DNA of 64,000 nucleotides from Candidatus Lustribacter sp. (GCA_965277805.1 OZ255842.1:4736001-4800000); one strand, 5' to 3'. Counted from the first letter of the stretch, positions 37,117 through 46,893 are shown. A program made the numbers and translations. The notes: generated from the sequence alone by a model not told the origin.

Positions 37117-37636
37117 GCGGCCGGAAGCCGATTTGGAGCCCGCCCGCGTTGCCCACCGCCGTCAGCCGACGCCGATGGTCATCATCGACCGCAACTTGCA
37201 AACCATCGCGCAATCACTTCAATTCGAAGGTTCGGAAATTGCCGACCGCGTCCGCGGGACGGTCGAACGCCACATCGCGGAGAGCCGCCCGGAAAGCGCC
37301 CACGCCACCTTTGAAATGATCGACGCAGAAACGGCGCTGCGGGTGATCGATCTCGCCGCCGGCGACGGCGTTTGCTTTGCGGTCACGTTCGAACGCTTCG
37401 AGAACAAACGCGACGCGATCGAAGACGTCGCGACGGCGCACCGGCTTACCAACCGCGAACGCGAGGTGTTCCGGATGCTCTTGGCCGGTGCGACGGACGC
37501 GGAAGTGTCCGAGCGGCTCGTCATCGCCCGTACGACCGCAAGCGACCACGCGAAGAACATCTTGCGCAAGACCGGCGCCAACAAGCGCACCGAGCTGTTT
37601 GCTCAGGTCATAAAGTACGCCGGCCGCTTGCGCTAG
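37100..37636 (+). CDS. LuxR-family HTH regulator with small N-terminal domain
   Basis: LTNRERE...G.....V...L.I...T...H..NI..K; GGGAGG RBS. Confidence 0.88.
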   Translation: MVFSCERPEADLEPARVAHRRQPTPMVIIDRNLQTIAQSLQFEGSEIADRVRGTVERHIAESRPESAHATFEMIDAETALRVIDLAAGDGVCFAVTFERFENKRDAIEDVATAHRLTNREREVFRMLLAGATDAEVSERLVIARTTASDHAKNILRKTGANKRTELFAQVIKYAGRLR

Positions 37637-37648
37637 CGTGCCGAGCGC

Positions 37649-38131
37649 TCACCAGTGGCGGTGGAAACCGCCGCCGAAGTGCAGACCGAGCGAGAATGAC
37701 GGGTACCCAAATCCGTAGACCGGGTACGGATACGGGTACACCGGATACACGTACGGTCCGTACGGATAAACCGGAATAGCGCCGTAGGACTGATACGGCG
37801 TGTCGATCACGTTGGCGGCGAACGCGGAACCGCGATTGACGCCGTGAATCGTTACCTGCATCCCCGGCGCGAGGCGAATGCCGGTCGGGTTGATGACGGT
37901 GCCTTGCCGCAGCTGCACGTTGTCGATGAAGCCGCGATCGTCGCGGACCTGCAGGCTGTAGGCGCCGTCGAACGACGACACGCGGCCGTGGATGACCTCA
38001 TCCGTCGAGCTGTAACTCGGTGGCGCCGCGTACGTGGGCGCGTCGGGTGGTGCCGTTTGCGCGGCAGCTCCGAGTGGGGCAAGGGCGATGAGAGCGGCGA
38101 GCGCCGCAAGAGTGCGAATGTGCAAAACCAT
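37649..38131 (-). CDS. Secreted hypothetical protein with OB-like core and Pro/Tyr-rich tail
   Basis: Signal peptide; C-terminal YPYGPYVYPVYPYPYP...GGGFHRHW. Confidence 0.75.
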   Translation of the reverse strand: MVLHIRTLAALAALIALAPLGAAAQTAPPDAPTYAAPPSYSSTDEVIHGRVSSFDGAYSLQVRDDRGFIDNVQLRQGTVINPTGIRLAPGMQVTIHGVNRGSAFAANVIDTPYQSYGAIPVYPYGPYVYPVYPYPYPVYGFGYPSFSLGLHFGGGFHRHW

Positions 38132-38190
38132 GGCCGGGAGGCTCCTTTCCGCTGAAAGTATGCCGGACGTTGCTGTGGTAACTCTTAAAC

Positions 38191-39543
38191 ATGAAAACGC
38201 CGTTCCAAACGCAATGGATGCGCCGCACGTTGGCCGCCGCGCTGCTGGTGTTCGGCCTGACTGCGGCCGCGGCCGGCGCGCAGTCCGCGCCGACGCTCAT
38301 TTCGCTCGGTCCGGCAGAGGCTGCGCTCTACAAGCCCGACAGCGGACCGGCGCCGCACGTCGGCCTGATCGTCATTCACCGCACCGCCGATTTCATGCGC
38401 CACCCCGCCTGCACCGAACTCGCGCAGCGCGGCTTTTTAATGCTTTGCGTCAACACGCGCTTCACGAACAACGAAGGCCTCGTGCGCTTCGAGGACATCG
38501 CGCTCGACGTGAAAGCGGCGGTCCAATTCTTGCGCAAGCAGCCGGGCATTACGAAAGTGCTGCTGTTCGGTCATAGCGGCGGCGGTCCGACCGTGAGCTT
38601 CTATCAAGCCGTTGCGGAAAACGGCATCGCCTATTGCCAGAATCCGAAGCGGCTGACGAAGTGCACCGCGGAACTTGCGAACCTCCCGCCCGCCGACGGC
38701 ATCGTCTTCGCCGATTCGCATCCGGGCAATCCGGTCAACGTGCTGCGCGGCCTCAACCCGGCCGTGCTCAACGAGAAGAACCCGCCCGATCCCGGCTTCA
38801 ACGCCTCGCTCGACATGTTCGATCCGAAGAACGGCTACAACCCGAGCGGTAACTCGCATTACAGTGCGGAGTTTCAGAAGCGCTACTACGCCGCCCAATC
38901 CAAGCGCATGAACGACCTGATCGATCAGTCGCTGGCCAAACTGCAAGCGATGAAGAACGGTACGTACGGCTATCCGGACGACGACATCATCGTGATCCCG
39001 CGCGGCGGCAATCCCGGTTCCGGGCCGGGCGCGGCCGCTGCGCTGTTCGACACGGATCCTTCGATCGCGGGTGTGATGAGCACCGCTCGGCCGGAGAAGC
39101 TGCTGAAGAACGACGGCAGCATCGTGACGCAGGTCGTGCACAGCGTGTTCGTGCCCGATCCGAATCTCAAGAAGCTGCACATGACCTTTGATAACGGCAC
39201 GAAGATCTTGAATATCGAGTCGTTCCTCAGCGCAAACGCGGTGCGCTCGACGAATTCGCTCGACGGCATCGACGATTGCTCGAGCAACAATTCGACCACG
39301 TGCGCGGTGCAGTCGATCGCGGTGCCGGAGCTGTACGCCGCGATGGGCGCGCACTACTTCATCCGCGACGTCGAGCACGAATACGATGTTGCCAAGAGCA
39401 AAGACAAGGATTTCATCGTGATCGAGGGCGCCGTGCATCAGTTCACGCCGTGCACGCGCTGCGAGACGTTTCCCGGTCAGTACTCCAACACGATGAAGAA
39501 CCTAATGGACTACATTCGCGACTGGATCAACAAACGGTATTAG
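38191..39543 (+). CDS. Secreted alpha/beta hydrolase
   Basis: Signal peptide; GHSGGG nucleophile elbow; IEGAVH. Confidence 0.8.
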   Translation: MKTPFQTQWMRRTLAAALLVFGLTAAAAGAQSAPTLISLGPAEAALYKPDSGPAPHVGLIVIHRTADFMRHPACTELAQRGFLMLCVNTRFTNNEGLVRFEDIALDVKAAVQFLRKQPGITKVLLFGHSGGGPTVSFYQAVAENGIAYCQNPKRLTKCTAELANLPPADGIVFADSHPGNPVNVLRGLNPAVLNEKNPPDPGFNASLDMFDPKNGYNPSGNSHYSAEFQKRYYAAQSKRMNDLIDQSLAKLQAMKNGTYGYPDDDIIVIPRGGNPGSGPGAAAALFDTDPSIAGVMSTARPEKLLKNDGSIVTQVVHSVFVPDPNLKKLHMTFDNGTKILNIESFLSANAVRSTNSLDGIDDCSSNNSTTCAVQSIAVPELYAAMGAHYFIRDVEHEYDVAKSKDKDFIVIEGAVHQFTPCTRCETFPGQYSNTMKNLMDYIRDWINKRY

Positions 39544-40250
39544 ACGCCGAACGCTGCGGCTAGTTCGCCGTAGGTGTGGGCGATGACGTCCCAATCGTGC
39601 TCGGGGCCCGGCGGCGTGCGGCCGGGCCCGTTTTCATCCGGGCGGTAGATGAAGGCGGTACGTAATCCGCAGCGCCGTGCGGCGCCGAGATCGTTGTTGT
39701 GCGCGGCGACCAGGCACACTTCATCCGGCCGCATCGCGAGGATGTCGGCCGTGCGCAGATACGCTTCGGGCGAGGTCTTGTAAGCCTGCGCGACCTCGGC
39801 GCCGAGGATCGCATCCCACGGAATGCCGGCGCGTTTGGCCATGTCGAGCATCAAGATGATGTTGCCGTTCGACAGCGGTGCGATGATGTAGCGCGACTTC
39901 AGCCGCGTGAGCCCGGCGATCGCATCGGGCCACGGATCGAGGCGGTGCCAAGCGAGGTTGAGCTCGTCGAGTTCCGCCGCCGGTACGGCGGCGGGATCGA
40001 TGCCGAAGTCGGGCAGCACGGCGGCGAGGTTCTCGCGGTGCAGCACATCGAGCCGCACAAACGGGCGCCGTCCGCTGCGCACTTCCTCGAGCGCGGGCTG
40101 ATAACGTTTGCGCCACGCGTCGGCGAAGACGCCGGGATCTGTGCCGCTCGCGTAACGCGCGAGAAACGGCGCGGCTTCGCGGGCGACGCCGGAGCGCCAA
40201 TCGACGACGGTGCCGAACACGTCGAACACCAGCGCCCGCACGCCGTTCAT
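39540..40250 (-). CDS. Haloacid dehalogenase type II (HAD)
   Basis: FDVFGTVVDW, LSNG, YK.SPEAY, VAAH..DL; ATG 40250. Confidence 0.9.
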   Translation of the reverse strand: MNGVRALVFDVFGTVVDWRSGVAREAAPFLARYASGTDPGVFADAWRKRYQPALEEVRSGRRPFVRLDVLHRENLAAVLPDFGIDPAAVPAAELDELNLAWHRLDPWPDAIAGLTRLKSRYIIAPLSNGNIILMLDMAKRAGIPWDAILGAEVAQAYKTSPEAYLRTADILAMRPDEVCLVAAHNNDLGAARRCGLRTAFIYRPDENGPGRTPPGPEHDWDVIAHTYGELAAAFGV

Positions 40251-41107
40251 CGGCCGGTGAGTTTGCGTCCGGCCTCGAGCGCGGCGTAGCTGCGCACCGG
40301 CGCCGCCATGAGAAAGCGGTAACCGGCTTTCACGATCCAGTCGACGTTCTTCGTATCGACGTGCGGATGGCCGACCGGGACGTTGTGCTGCTTGCAGGTC
40401 GCCACGACTTTGTTCATCCACTCGACGACCAGCGGGTGATCGTATTCGCGCGGATGACCGAGTTCCTGAGAGAGGTCGCCTTCGCCGATCAGGATCGCGC
40501 CGATGCCCGGAACTTGGCTGAGGATATCGGAGAGATTGGTGATGCCGCGCGTATCTTCCATCATCAGCATCACGAGGATCTCGCCCTTGGGGTTGAGCGG
40601 CCACACGTCGGCGCGCTCGTAGTACTCTTGCTGCGTGACGCCCCAGTAGCGCACCGCCGCTGTCGGACCGTCGCCGCGTATGCCCTGCGGTTCAAAGAGC
40701 GGCGCGCCGGAGAGACGCGGATAGCGGCACGCGGCCACGGCATTGTACGCTTCTTCGACCGTTGAGATGTGCGGCCAAATGATGCCGTACGCGCCGAGGT
40801 CGAGCGCTTGTTTTGCGAAGATCTGAGATTTCTCTGAACCGTTCGGCGGAATGCGCACCATCGGCGTGACCTGCGGCACGATCGATCCCGAACGCGCGAT
40901 CTGTCCGCGGTTGAGCAAATACTGAAGACCGTCGCGGAGCCCGCCCGCATCCCAGGGATTGTGCTCCATCTCGAACACGACGCCGTCGTAGTTCGCCGTG
41001 CTCATCGCGATCGCCGATTCGCGGTCGGCCGACGCAAAGGTGGTGAACGCGGTTTGGCCCGATTCGAGGGCGGCAATAATCCGGTTGAGGCGCGGCAACT
41101 CACTCAT
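40247..41107 (-). CDS. HpcH/HpaI aldolase family protein
   Basis: FEMEH, MVRIP, LDLGA.G, G.RG.G, IG.GDLS. Confidence 0.9.
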   Translation of the reverse strand: MSELPRLNRIIAALESGQTAFTTFASADRESAIAMSTANYDGVVFEMEHNPWDAGGLRDGLQYLLNRGQIARSGSIVPQVTPMVRIPPNGSEKSQIFAKQALDLGAYGIIWPHISTVEEAYNAVAACRYPRLSGAPLFEPQGIRGDGPTAAVRYWGVTQQEYYERADVWPLNPKGEILVMLMMEDTRGITNLSDILSQVPGIGAILIGEGDLSQELGHPREYDHPLVVEWMNKVVATCKQHNVPVGHPHVDTKNVDWIVKAGYRFLMAAPVRSYAALEAGRKLTGR

Positions 41108-41168
41108 TTTTCATCTGTTAGCCGAGGGACGGCTGCGGAGCCTGCTGAAAATCTTGCTCGAGGTACTC

Positions 41169-42140
41169 ATGCGTCGCATTTCGTTTGTGTCCGTACTCTG
41201 CGCTCTCGTTGCGTTAGCCGGTTGCGGCGGCGGCGGCAACGACTATTCGCCTCCGGCCCAGTCGACGTACGTGCCGCCGTCGGGTGGATCGTACGTCTAT
41301 ATCACCGACGGCGGCGGCAGCGTGCTGCAATTGCTGCAGTCGGCGACGGGCAACGTCAACCCGCTTTCGGTCATCTCCGGGCCGAATACGCAATTGCAAG
41401 GTGCGGCCGGCATCGTGCGCGATTCGGCGGGCAACATCTACGTCGCCGATCAGACGTCCAACAACGTGACGGTCTACCCGCCCGCGATCGCCGGCAACGT
41501 GACGCCGAAGTTCCAGATCGCCGGCGCGTTGACGGGCCTGGCGTCGCCTCGCGGGCTCGCGATCGACGGCGCGGGCCGGCTCGTCGTGGTCAACACCAGC
41601 GGCAATTCGGTGACGATCTTCGCCGCCGCGGCGAACGGGAACGTCGCGCCCGCCGTCACGATCGCGGGAACGGCGACCGGCCTCAACACGCCCGCGGCCG
41701 TCGCGCTCGATGCGGCCGGCAACCTGTACGTCGCGAACGAGTCGGGGTCGATCACGGTCTTTGCGAGCGGTGCCAACGGCAACGTTGCGCCGATCCGCAC
41801 GATCACCGGTACCGCGACGGGGCTCAACGTGCCGAGCGGCGTGTGCCTCGATGCGAGCGGCAACCTCTACGTGACCAACGCGAACGGAAACAGCGTCACC
41901 GAATACGCCGCCGGTGCGAACGGCAACGCCGCGCCCACGCTGACGATCGCCGGATCGAGCACGCAGCTCGCCTTCCCGCAAGACATCGTCATCGGCAGCG
42001 GCGGCAACCTGTTCGTGACGAACTTCAGCGTGCCGGGCGTTCCCGGCATCTTGACCGTGTTCGCGCCCGGCGCCAACGGCAACGTCGCGCCGATCCAGAG
42101 CGTGACGCGCTTCGTCGGCCCGATCGGCATCAGCCTCTAG
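41169..42140 (+). CDS. NHL-repeat lipoprotein
   Basis: Lipobox LAGC-GGGG; about 5 repeats of NGNVAP..TI.G..T.L..P...D..GNLYV.N. Confidence 0.85.
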   Translation: MRRISFVSVLCALVALAGCGGGGNDYSPPAQSTYVPPSGGSYVYITDGGGSVLQLLQSATGNVNPLSVISGPNTQLQGAAGIVRDSAGNIYVADQTSNNVTVYPPAIAGNVTPKFQIAGALTGLASPRGLAIDGAGRLVVVNTSGNSVTIFAAAANGNVAPAVTIAGTATGLNTPAAVALDAAGNLYVANESGSITVFASGANGNVAPIRTITGTATGLNVPSGVCLDASGNLYVTNANGNSVTEYAAGANGNAAPTLTIAGSSTQLAFPQDIVIGSGGNLFVTNFSVPGVPGILTVFAPGANGNVAPIQSVTRFVGPIGISL

Positions 42141-42144
42141 ACGA

Positions 42145-43623
42145 TTACTCGCAGCGAACGAGACCGCGCACGAGGAGCGCGACGAGTTCGCGCGCGGCAT
42201 CCGGTTCGGCGATGTCGCGCACGCGCAGGCCGCCGGCGGCGACGCGCATGAGTACCGCGAAGGCACCGCGTGAGACCGCGGTGTTTTCGTGAATCGACCG
42301 GGGGCCTGGGGCGGCGTAACACGACGTGCTCACGGTTCCATCGGGCGCCCGTTCCGCGATATCGACGAGCCGCAATTCGGGCGCGAGCGACAAGCGCGCA
42401 TCTTCGATGTTGCCGGCGAGCAAGCGGCGTTGATGCGCGAACCAGGCGCCGACGTCGGCCGAGATCGCGCTGTTGAGCATCGCGCCGGTGCGTTGCAGCA
42501 ATGCCGGTCCGGGCAGTCCGTCTTGGACGATGTAGCCGAAATCGAGCGTCTTGATGCCGGCACCATCGAAATGCTGCAAGAGCCGCACGGTCTCCGTTTG
42601 GCGCTCGCCCCCGGAGCGCCGGCGATGCGCGGCGTGCGACTCGGCGTACTCGAGCAAGTCGTAATGACGCTGCACGAGGACCAGCGTGCGTCGCGTTTCG
42701 CCTTGCCAGTGAGCGATCCGTTCCGCGAGCGATGCGACGTTGGTTAAATCGGCGACGATCGTGAGCGCACCGCCTGGTTCCAGCCGCGTGACGGCGCCCG
42801 CGAGAACTCGGCGCACGACGTCGTCGCCGGTCGCGCCGCCGCCGCGATAGAGCAGTTCGTCGTCGCCGGGCGGCCACGGGACGAACGGCGGGTTCGCCAC
42901 GATCGTGTCGAAGCGCGCGTTCCCGAGTGCTTCGTAGACGTCGCTGAGCACGAAGTCCGCACGCTCGATAGAGTTCGCCGCGGCGTTGAAACGGGCGAAG
43001 CGGAGTGCGCGCGGGTTGATGTCCACCCCGGTGACGTGCGTGCTGTACGCGGCCGCGGCCAGCGTCTGCGCGCCGGAGCCGCAACAGATGTCGAGCGCGG
43101 CCTTGCGCGGCGCGTGCGGAGCGACGCGCTCGAGTCCGACGGAGTCGCCGCCCGGCGGCATCACGTAGTCCGGAAACAGGTCGCGCGGCCAGAACGCGTT
43201 GTAGGCGCGCGCATCGGCGAAGATCAGCACCCCCGCAAACCACGACGCGCTGACGAGCGAGCGAAGCTGCCCGTCGACCTCAACCAGCGCCGCCATCTCG
43301 CGCAGCAGATCCACAGCCGCATCGCCCAGCCACGCGCGCAGTTCGGGCTCCGTCTGCGGTTCGTGCAACACGAAGAAGCGCGCGGCCGCCCCGGCTTCAT
43401 CCGGCGGCAACATCAGCGCATCGTAGAAGGCGGTTCGGGTCGCGCGCACGTCGGCGACATCGGCCAGTCCGAAAAGCGCGGCCGCGCGATCCGGTCCGAA
43501 GCCGGTGGCGATCAGCCGTTCGCGAAGCGCCGTCGCCGACTCGCGGTGAGCTTGATTGCGAGGATCGAATGCTGCGAAGGTAGCGGCGCCGAAATGGCGC
43601 GCGCTATATTCGTCAGCGTTCAC
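42145..43623 (-). CDS. Class I SAM-dependent N-methyltransferase (NPPF) with extra N- and C-terminal domains
   Basis: LDICCGSG, VDINPRA, FD.IVANPPF. Confidence 0.88.
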   Translation of the reverse strand: MNADEYSARHFGAATFAAFDPRNQAHRESATALRERLIATGFGPDRAAALFGLADVADVRATRTAFYDALMLPPDEAGAAARFFVLHEPQTEPELRAWLGDAAVDLLREMAALVEVDGQLRSLVSASWFAGVLIFADARAYNAFWPRDLFPDYVMPPGGDSVGLERVAPHAPRKAALDICCGSGAQTLAAAAYSTHVTGVDINPRALRFARFNAAANSIERADFVLSDVYEALGNARFDTIVANPPFVPWPPGDDELLYRGGGATGDDVVRRVLAGAVTRLEPGGALTIVADLTNVASLAERIAHWQGETRRTLVLVQRHYDLLEYAESHAAHRRRSGGERQTETVRLLQHFDGAGIKTLDFGYIVQDGLPGPALLQRTGAMLNSAISADVGAWFAHQRRLLAGNIEDARLSLAPELRLVDIAERAPDGTVSTSCYAAPGPRSIHENTAVSRGAFAVLMRVAAGGLRVRDIAEPDAARELVALLVRGLVRCE

Positions 43624-44894
43624 TAGAAGCGGGCGATGAGTTCCCGTTCGAGCAGTTCTTGCCAGCGGCTACCGCGCGGGATCTCCAAGTCGACCGGCCG
43701 CACTTGGCTGTAGTCGACCGGGTTCGTCCCCTTCGGCGCTTGGCCGCGTTCGACGGCGTCGAGCGCTTCGAACAGCAGTTGCCGCGCCGCGATGATGGCC
43801 CGGTCGCTCGTTCCGAGATGCTCGTGCGTGCGGTCGCAGATCGGCCCCATGCCTTCTTGCAACGCGTAGTCTTGCGTGTTGATGCCCTTGATGCCGGTGA
43901 ACGTCTTCGTGCGCTGCAGCTCGCGATCGATCAAGTAGTCGTTGTCGCGATTGCGTTTGAGGCGGTACGTGCCCGGGATGTAATCTTCGGGACCGCGGCC
44001 CGAATAGATCTCGTGGCCGATCGCGTGTTCCTCATCGAGCGGGATCGCCGGATCGTACGAGTAGATCCAGTTGTACGTGAACGTCGTCTCGTCGTCGATC
44101 GGAACCCACAGGTGACCGTGCAGCGTCGGGACTTCCTTTTTGCCGCCGGCCGATTCGGTCACGCCGCCGCGCAGTTGCTGCGCCGGCAGCACGTAGTGAT
44201 ACACGCGCGCGTAATCTTGGACTTCGTTGAGCCGCCGAATGCCCGCGTAGCGGAAGCCGTACGACGTTTTCTCGACTTCGATGTGGGGTGCGGTGTCGGC
44301 GTTGCGCAGCAGCTTCTTGTTGTTGATGTCCTGGTTGTGCACGAACGACGAGTGTGACGTATCGATGCCGCCTTCGAGCGCCTGCAGCCAGTTCGCTTGC
44401 TCGAACGTTTTCGAGACGTGCCGGTGCGTGTCGGGCGCGCGCAGCAATTCGTAATCGGGTGCGGGCGGCTGGAATTCTTCGGGCCCCAAGTAGGCCCACA
44501 CCATGCCGCCGCGTTCGCTGGTGGGATAGGCGCCGATGCGGACCTTCGTCTTGAACAGCGAATCCGGCGGTTCGCTCGGCATGTCGACGCACTCGCCGCT
44601 GCGATCGAACTTCCAGCCGTGGTACACGCAGCGCATGCCGCACTCTTCGTTGCGGCCGAAGAACATCGGCGCGCGGCGATGCGGGCAGAACGCATCGATC
44701 AAGCCGACGTCGCCGTTCGTATCGCGGAAGGCAACCAGATCTTCGCCTAGCAAGCGGACGCGGACCGGCGGGCCGTCGGGTTCGGGCACTTCCGAACTCA
44801 GGAGCGCCGGCTGCCAATAGCGGCGCATCAAATTGCCCATCGGCGTCCCCGGGCCGACTCGCGTTAGGCGGGCATTTTCTTCGGCTGTGAGCAT
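43623..44894 (-). CDS. Rieske non-heme iron oxygenase (paralog of 14438)
   Basis: CPHR...CVYHGW; EGGID.SH...VH; TQDYALQE. Confidence 0.92.
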   Translation of the reverse strand: MLTAEENARLTRVGPGTPMGNLMRRYWQPALLSSEVPEPDGPPVRVRLLGEDLVAFRDTNGDVGLIDAFCPHRRAPMFFGRNEECGMRCVYHGWKFDRSGECVDMPSEPPDSLFKTKVRIGAYPTSERGGMVWAYLGPEEFQPPAPDYELLRAPDTHRHVSKTFEQANWLQALEGGIDTSHSSFVHNQDINNKKLLRNADTAPHIEVEKTSYGFRYAGIRRLNEVQDYARVYHYVLPAQQLRGGVTESAGGKKEVPTLHGHLWVPIDDETTFTYNWIYSYDPAIPLDEEHAIGHEIYSGRGPEDYIPGTYRLKRNRDNDYLIDRELQRTKTFTGIKGINTQDYALQEGMGPICDRTHEHLGTSDRAIIAARQLLFEALDAVERGQAPKGTNPVDYSQVRPVDLEIPRGSRWQELLERELIARF

Positions 44895-44910
44895 GGGGAA
44901 GGGTTCTCGG

Positions 44911-46269
44911 CTAGTCGGTCCGGCCCCCGCGCAGCCGCTCGAGCTGCGCCGTCAGATCGGCGATCTGTGCTTGCTGACGCGCATTTTCGGTGCGTAGGGT
45001 CGCCAGCTCGCCCGGCTCGCCCGGTTCGGCGACCGGCTCACCGCCCTCAGGCAAAACGCGGGTCCGCAGTGCCTCGGTCGCGTGTTCTTCCAGCCACTTG
45101 AACGCGAACGCGATGCCCAGCGAAATCGCGGCCGCGATCCAGCGTGACATCCGGAAGTCTTCCAGCAGCGTGCCGAAGAGGTAGTCGAGCAGCGCGAAGA
45201 TCGTGGCCAAGATCGTCGTAAGCACGACGAATACGAGCGCGCGCTCGATGACGACGCGAATCTCCAGCACGTGGTGGCGGATGACGGCATGCGCGACGGT
45301 CAGCGGCAGCAGCACGTTCAGCGAGGTCAGCGCAAGCACGACGCTGAGCGGCGCTGCGGTCGCGAGGATCGTGCTGAACACCAGCGTCGTCCCGATATAA
45401 TTGCAAAGCAAACCGAAGCCGAAGCCGGCCAGCACCCAGCGCACGCGTTCGCGCTCGGCAGGTTCGATGCGCCGGTAACTGTCGCATAACACGAGCATCG
45501 CCAGCACGTACACCGCGCCGAAAGCACCCTGCAGGACGCGGTTCTCGAATTGCGCGCCGCGCGCGAGCAGCAGGTTCGCGATGTCGGGATAGAGCGTCAT
45601 CGCCGCCAGCACGACGAACAGGACCGGCAGCAGCGCGCGAATGCGCGAGCGCCACGCGACGTCGAACGGGCGCGGAAAGTCGAGCGCAAACAGCACGAGA
45701 CCCGCGACGCCCGCGTTCTGAACGATGTCGTAGAAGACCGTTGCGGCCAAGGCCGCACCGGCGCTCGGCCACGGCAGCGCATACATCGCCGTCGGCAGCG
45801 TGAGCAAGCAGTAGAGGCCGAAGCCCCAGGTGGCGTAGCTCGGGCGCAGGAGCATCAACGTCGCGCCGACCGCGATGAAGACGAGCGACGCAGCGCACAG
45901 GAACAACAGCGCGACGCGCTCGGAGGCGTCGAGCGGCGCGGCGATGGCGATCAAGTGCGCGCTGCGGTTGATGCCGTCGTGCGTATAGGCGACGTCGACG
46001 GCCGTGCCGGGCGGCGGATTGGTGCCGGCGCCCGAAACGAAGCGCCGCTCTTCGAACGGTACGGCGTCGAGGCGAATGCGATCGCCGGCTGCGATGCCCG
46101 CGCGCGCAGCCGGACCGCCGGGGCTGACGGCGCGAACCGTCGCGCCGTAATCGCTCGCGAGGCCGATCGATCCGGGCGTTTGCCAAAACGTCGATGCGGC
46201 CGCGTAGACGCCCAGCAATGCATATGCAACCAGCAGCAAGACGGCGAAACGCAGGGCGAGTTGCCTCAC
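44911..46269 (-). CDS. PDZ-domain polytopic membrane protein
   Basis: TM, PDZ-like V..V.PGGPA.RAGI..GD.I, about 9 further TM segments, short C-terminal coiled coil; GTG 46269. Confidence 0.75.
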   Translation of the reverse strand: MRQLALRFAVLLLVAYALLGVYAAASTFWQTPGSIGLASDYGATVRAVSPGGPAARAGIAAGDRIRLDAVPFEERRFVSGAGTNPPPGTAVDVAYTHDGINRSAHLIAIAAPLDASERVALLFLCAASLVFIAVGATLMLLRPSYATWGFGLYCLLTLPTAMYALPWPSAGAALAATVFYDIVQNAGVAGLVLFALDFPRPFDVAWRSRIRALLPVLFVVLAAMTLYPDIANLLLARGAQFENRVLQGAFGAVYVLAMLVLCDSYRRIEPAERERVRWVLAGFGFGLLCNYIGTTLVFSTILATAAPLSVVLALTSLNVLLPLTVAHAVIRHHVLEIRVVIERALVFVVLTTILATIFALLDYLFGTLLEDFRMSRWIAAAISLGIAFAFKWLEEHATEALRTRVLPEGGEPVAEPGEPGELATLRTENARQQAQIADLTAQLERLRGGRTD

Positions 46270-46323
46270 GGGCTCGGCGTTTGCGAGAAGGTCCGGGACG
46301 CCTGCTCGCCTGAAGCTCGCGCG

Positions 46324-46872
46324 ATGACGCTGCCGGATCTGCTGCGCCGCGATCTCGACGTCGTCTTCGTCGGCATCAACCCGTCGGTGTACTCGGCCGA
46401 GCGCGGGCACTACTTCGCCCGCGGCAGCAATCGTTTTTGGCCCTGCATCTCGCGCTCGAGGCTCACGCAACGTGCGCGCGCGGGCCTCGGCGTCGAAGTG
46501 CTCGGCCCCGAGAACGACCGGGCGCTGCTACGCTACGGCATCGGCTTCACCGATCTGGTCAAGCGGCCCACGCCGAAGGCGAGCGATCTGTCGCGGGCGG
46601 AACTCGCCGCCGGCGTCGACGCGTTGCTGAAGAAGATCGCGCGCTATCGTCCGCGGATCGCGTGTTTTCACGGCGTGACCGGTTATCGCTTCGTGCACGC
46701 CCTGCTGACGGAAACGGCCGCAGCGGTAGAACTCGGCCTGCAAGAGGTGCGCGCCGGCACGACACGGCTGTATCTCGTGCCGAACCCGAGCGGTGCGAAC
46801 GCGCACTTCTCCCGGGCGGATCAAACGCGCTGGTACGACGCTTTGGCGGACGAGCTGGGTGGAATTCGGTAA
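46324..46872 (+). CDS. mug: G/U mismatch-specific DNA glycosylase
   Basis: VFVGINP, NRFW, GFTDLVKRPT, PNPSG. Confidence 0.92.
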   Translation: MTLPDLLRRDLDVVFVGINPSVYSAERGHYFARGSNRFWPCISRSRLTQRARAGLGVEVLGPENDRALLRYGIGFTDLVKRPTPKASDLSRAELAAGVDALLKKIARYRPRIACFHGVTGYRFVHALLTETAAAVELGLQEVRAGTTRLYLVPNPSGANAHFSRADQTRWYDALADELGGIR

Positions 46873-46893
46873 CGTGCTGTCCAAGGCGGCGCC

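Noticed and set aside
39540-41107. Dedicated dehalogenation pathway
   Set aside because: HAD type II and HpcH family membership alone does not define a substrate, and nothing nearby supports it.
41340-42120. Regularly spaced DNA repeats (GGCAACGT...) resembling a CRISPR array
   Set aside because: They are in-frame NHL protein repeats; no cas genes and no repeat-spacer structure.
45550-46323. Long N-terminal extension of Mug
   Set aside because: Antisense shadow of the PDZ membrane gene; Mug homology begins at ATG 46324.
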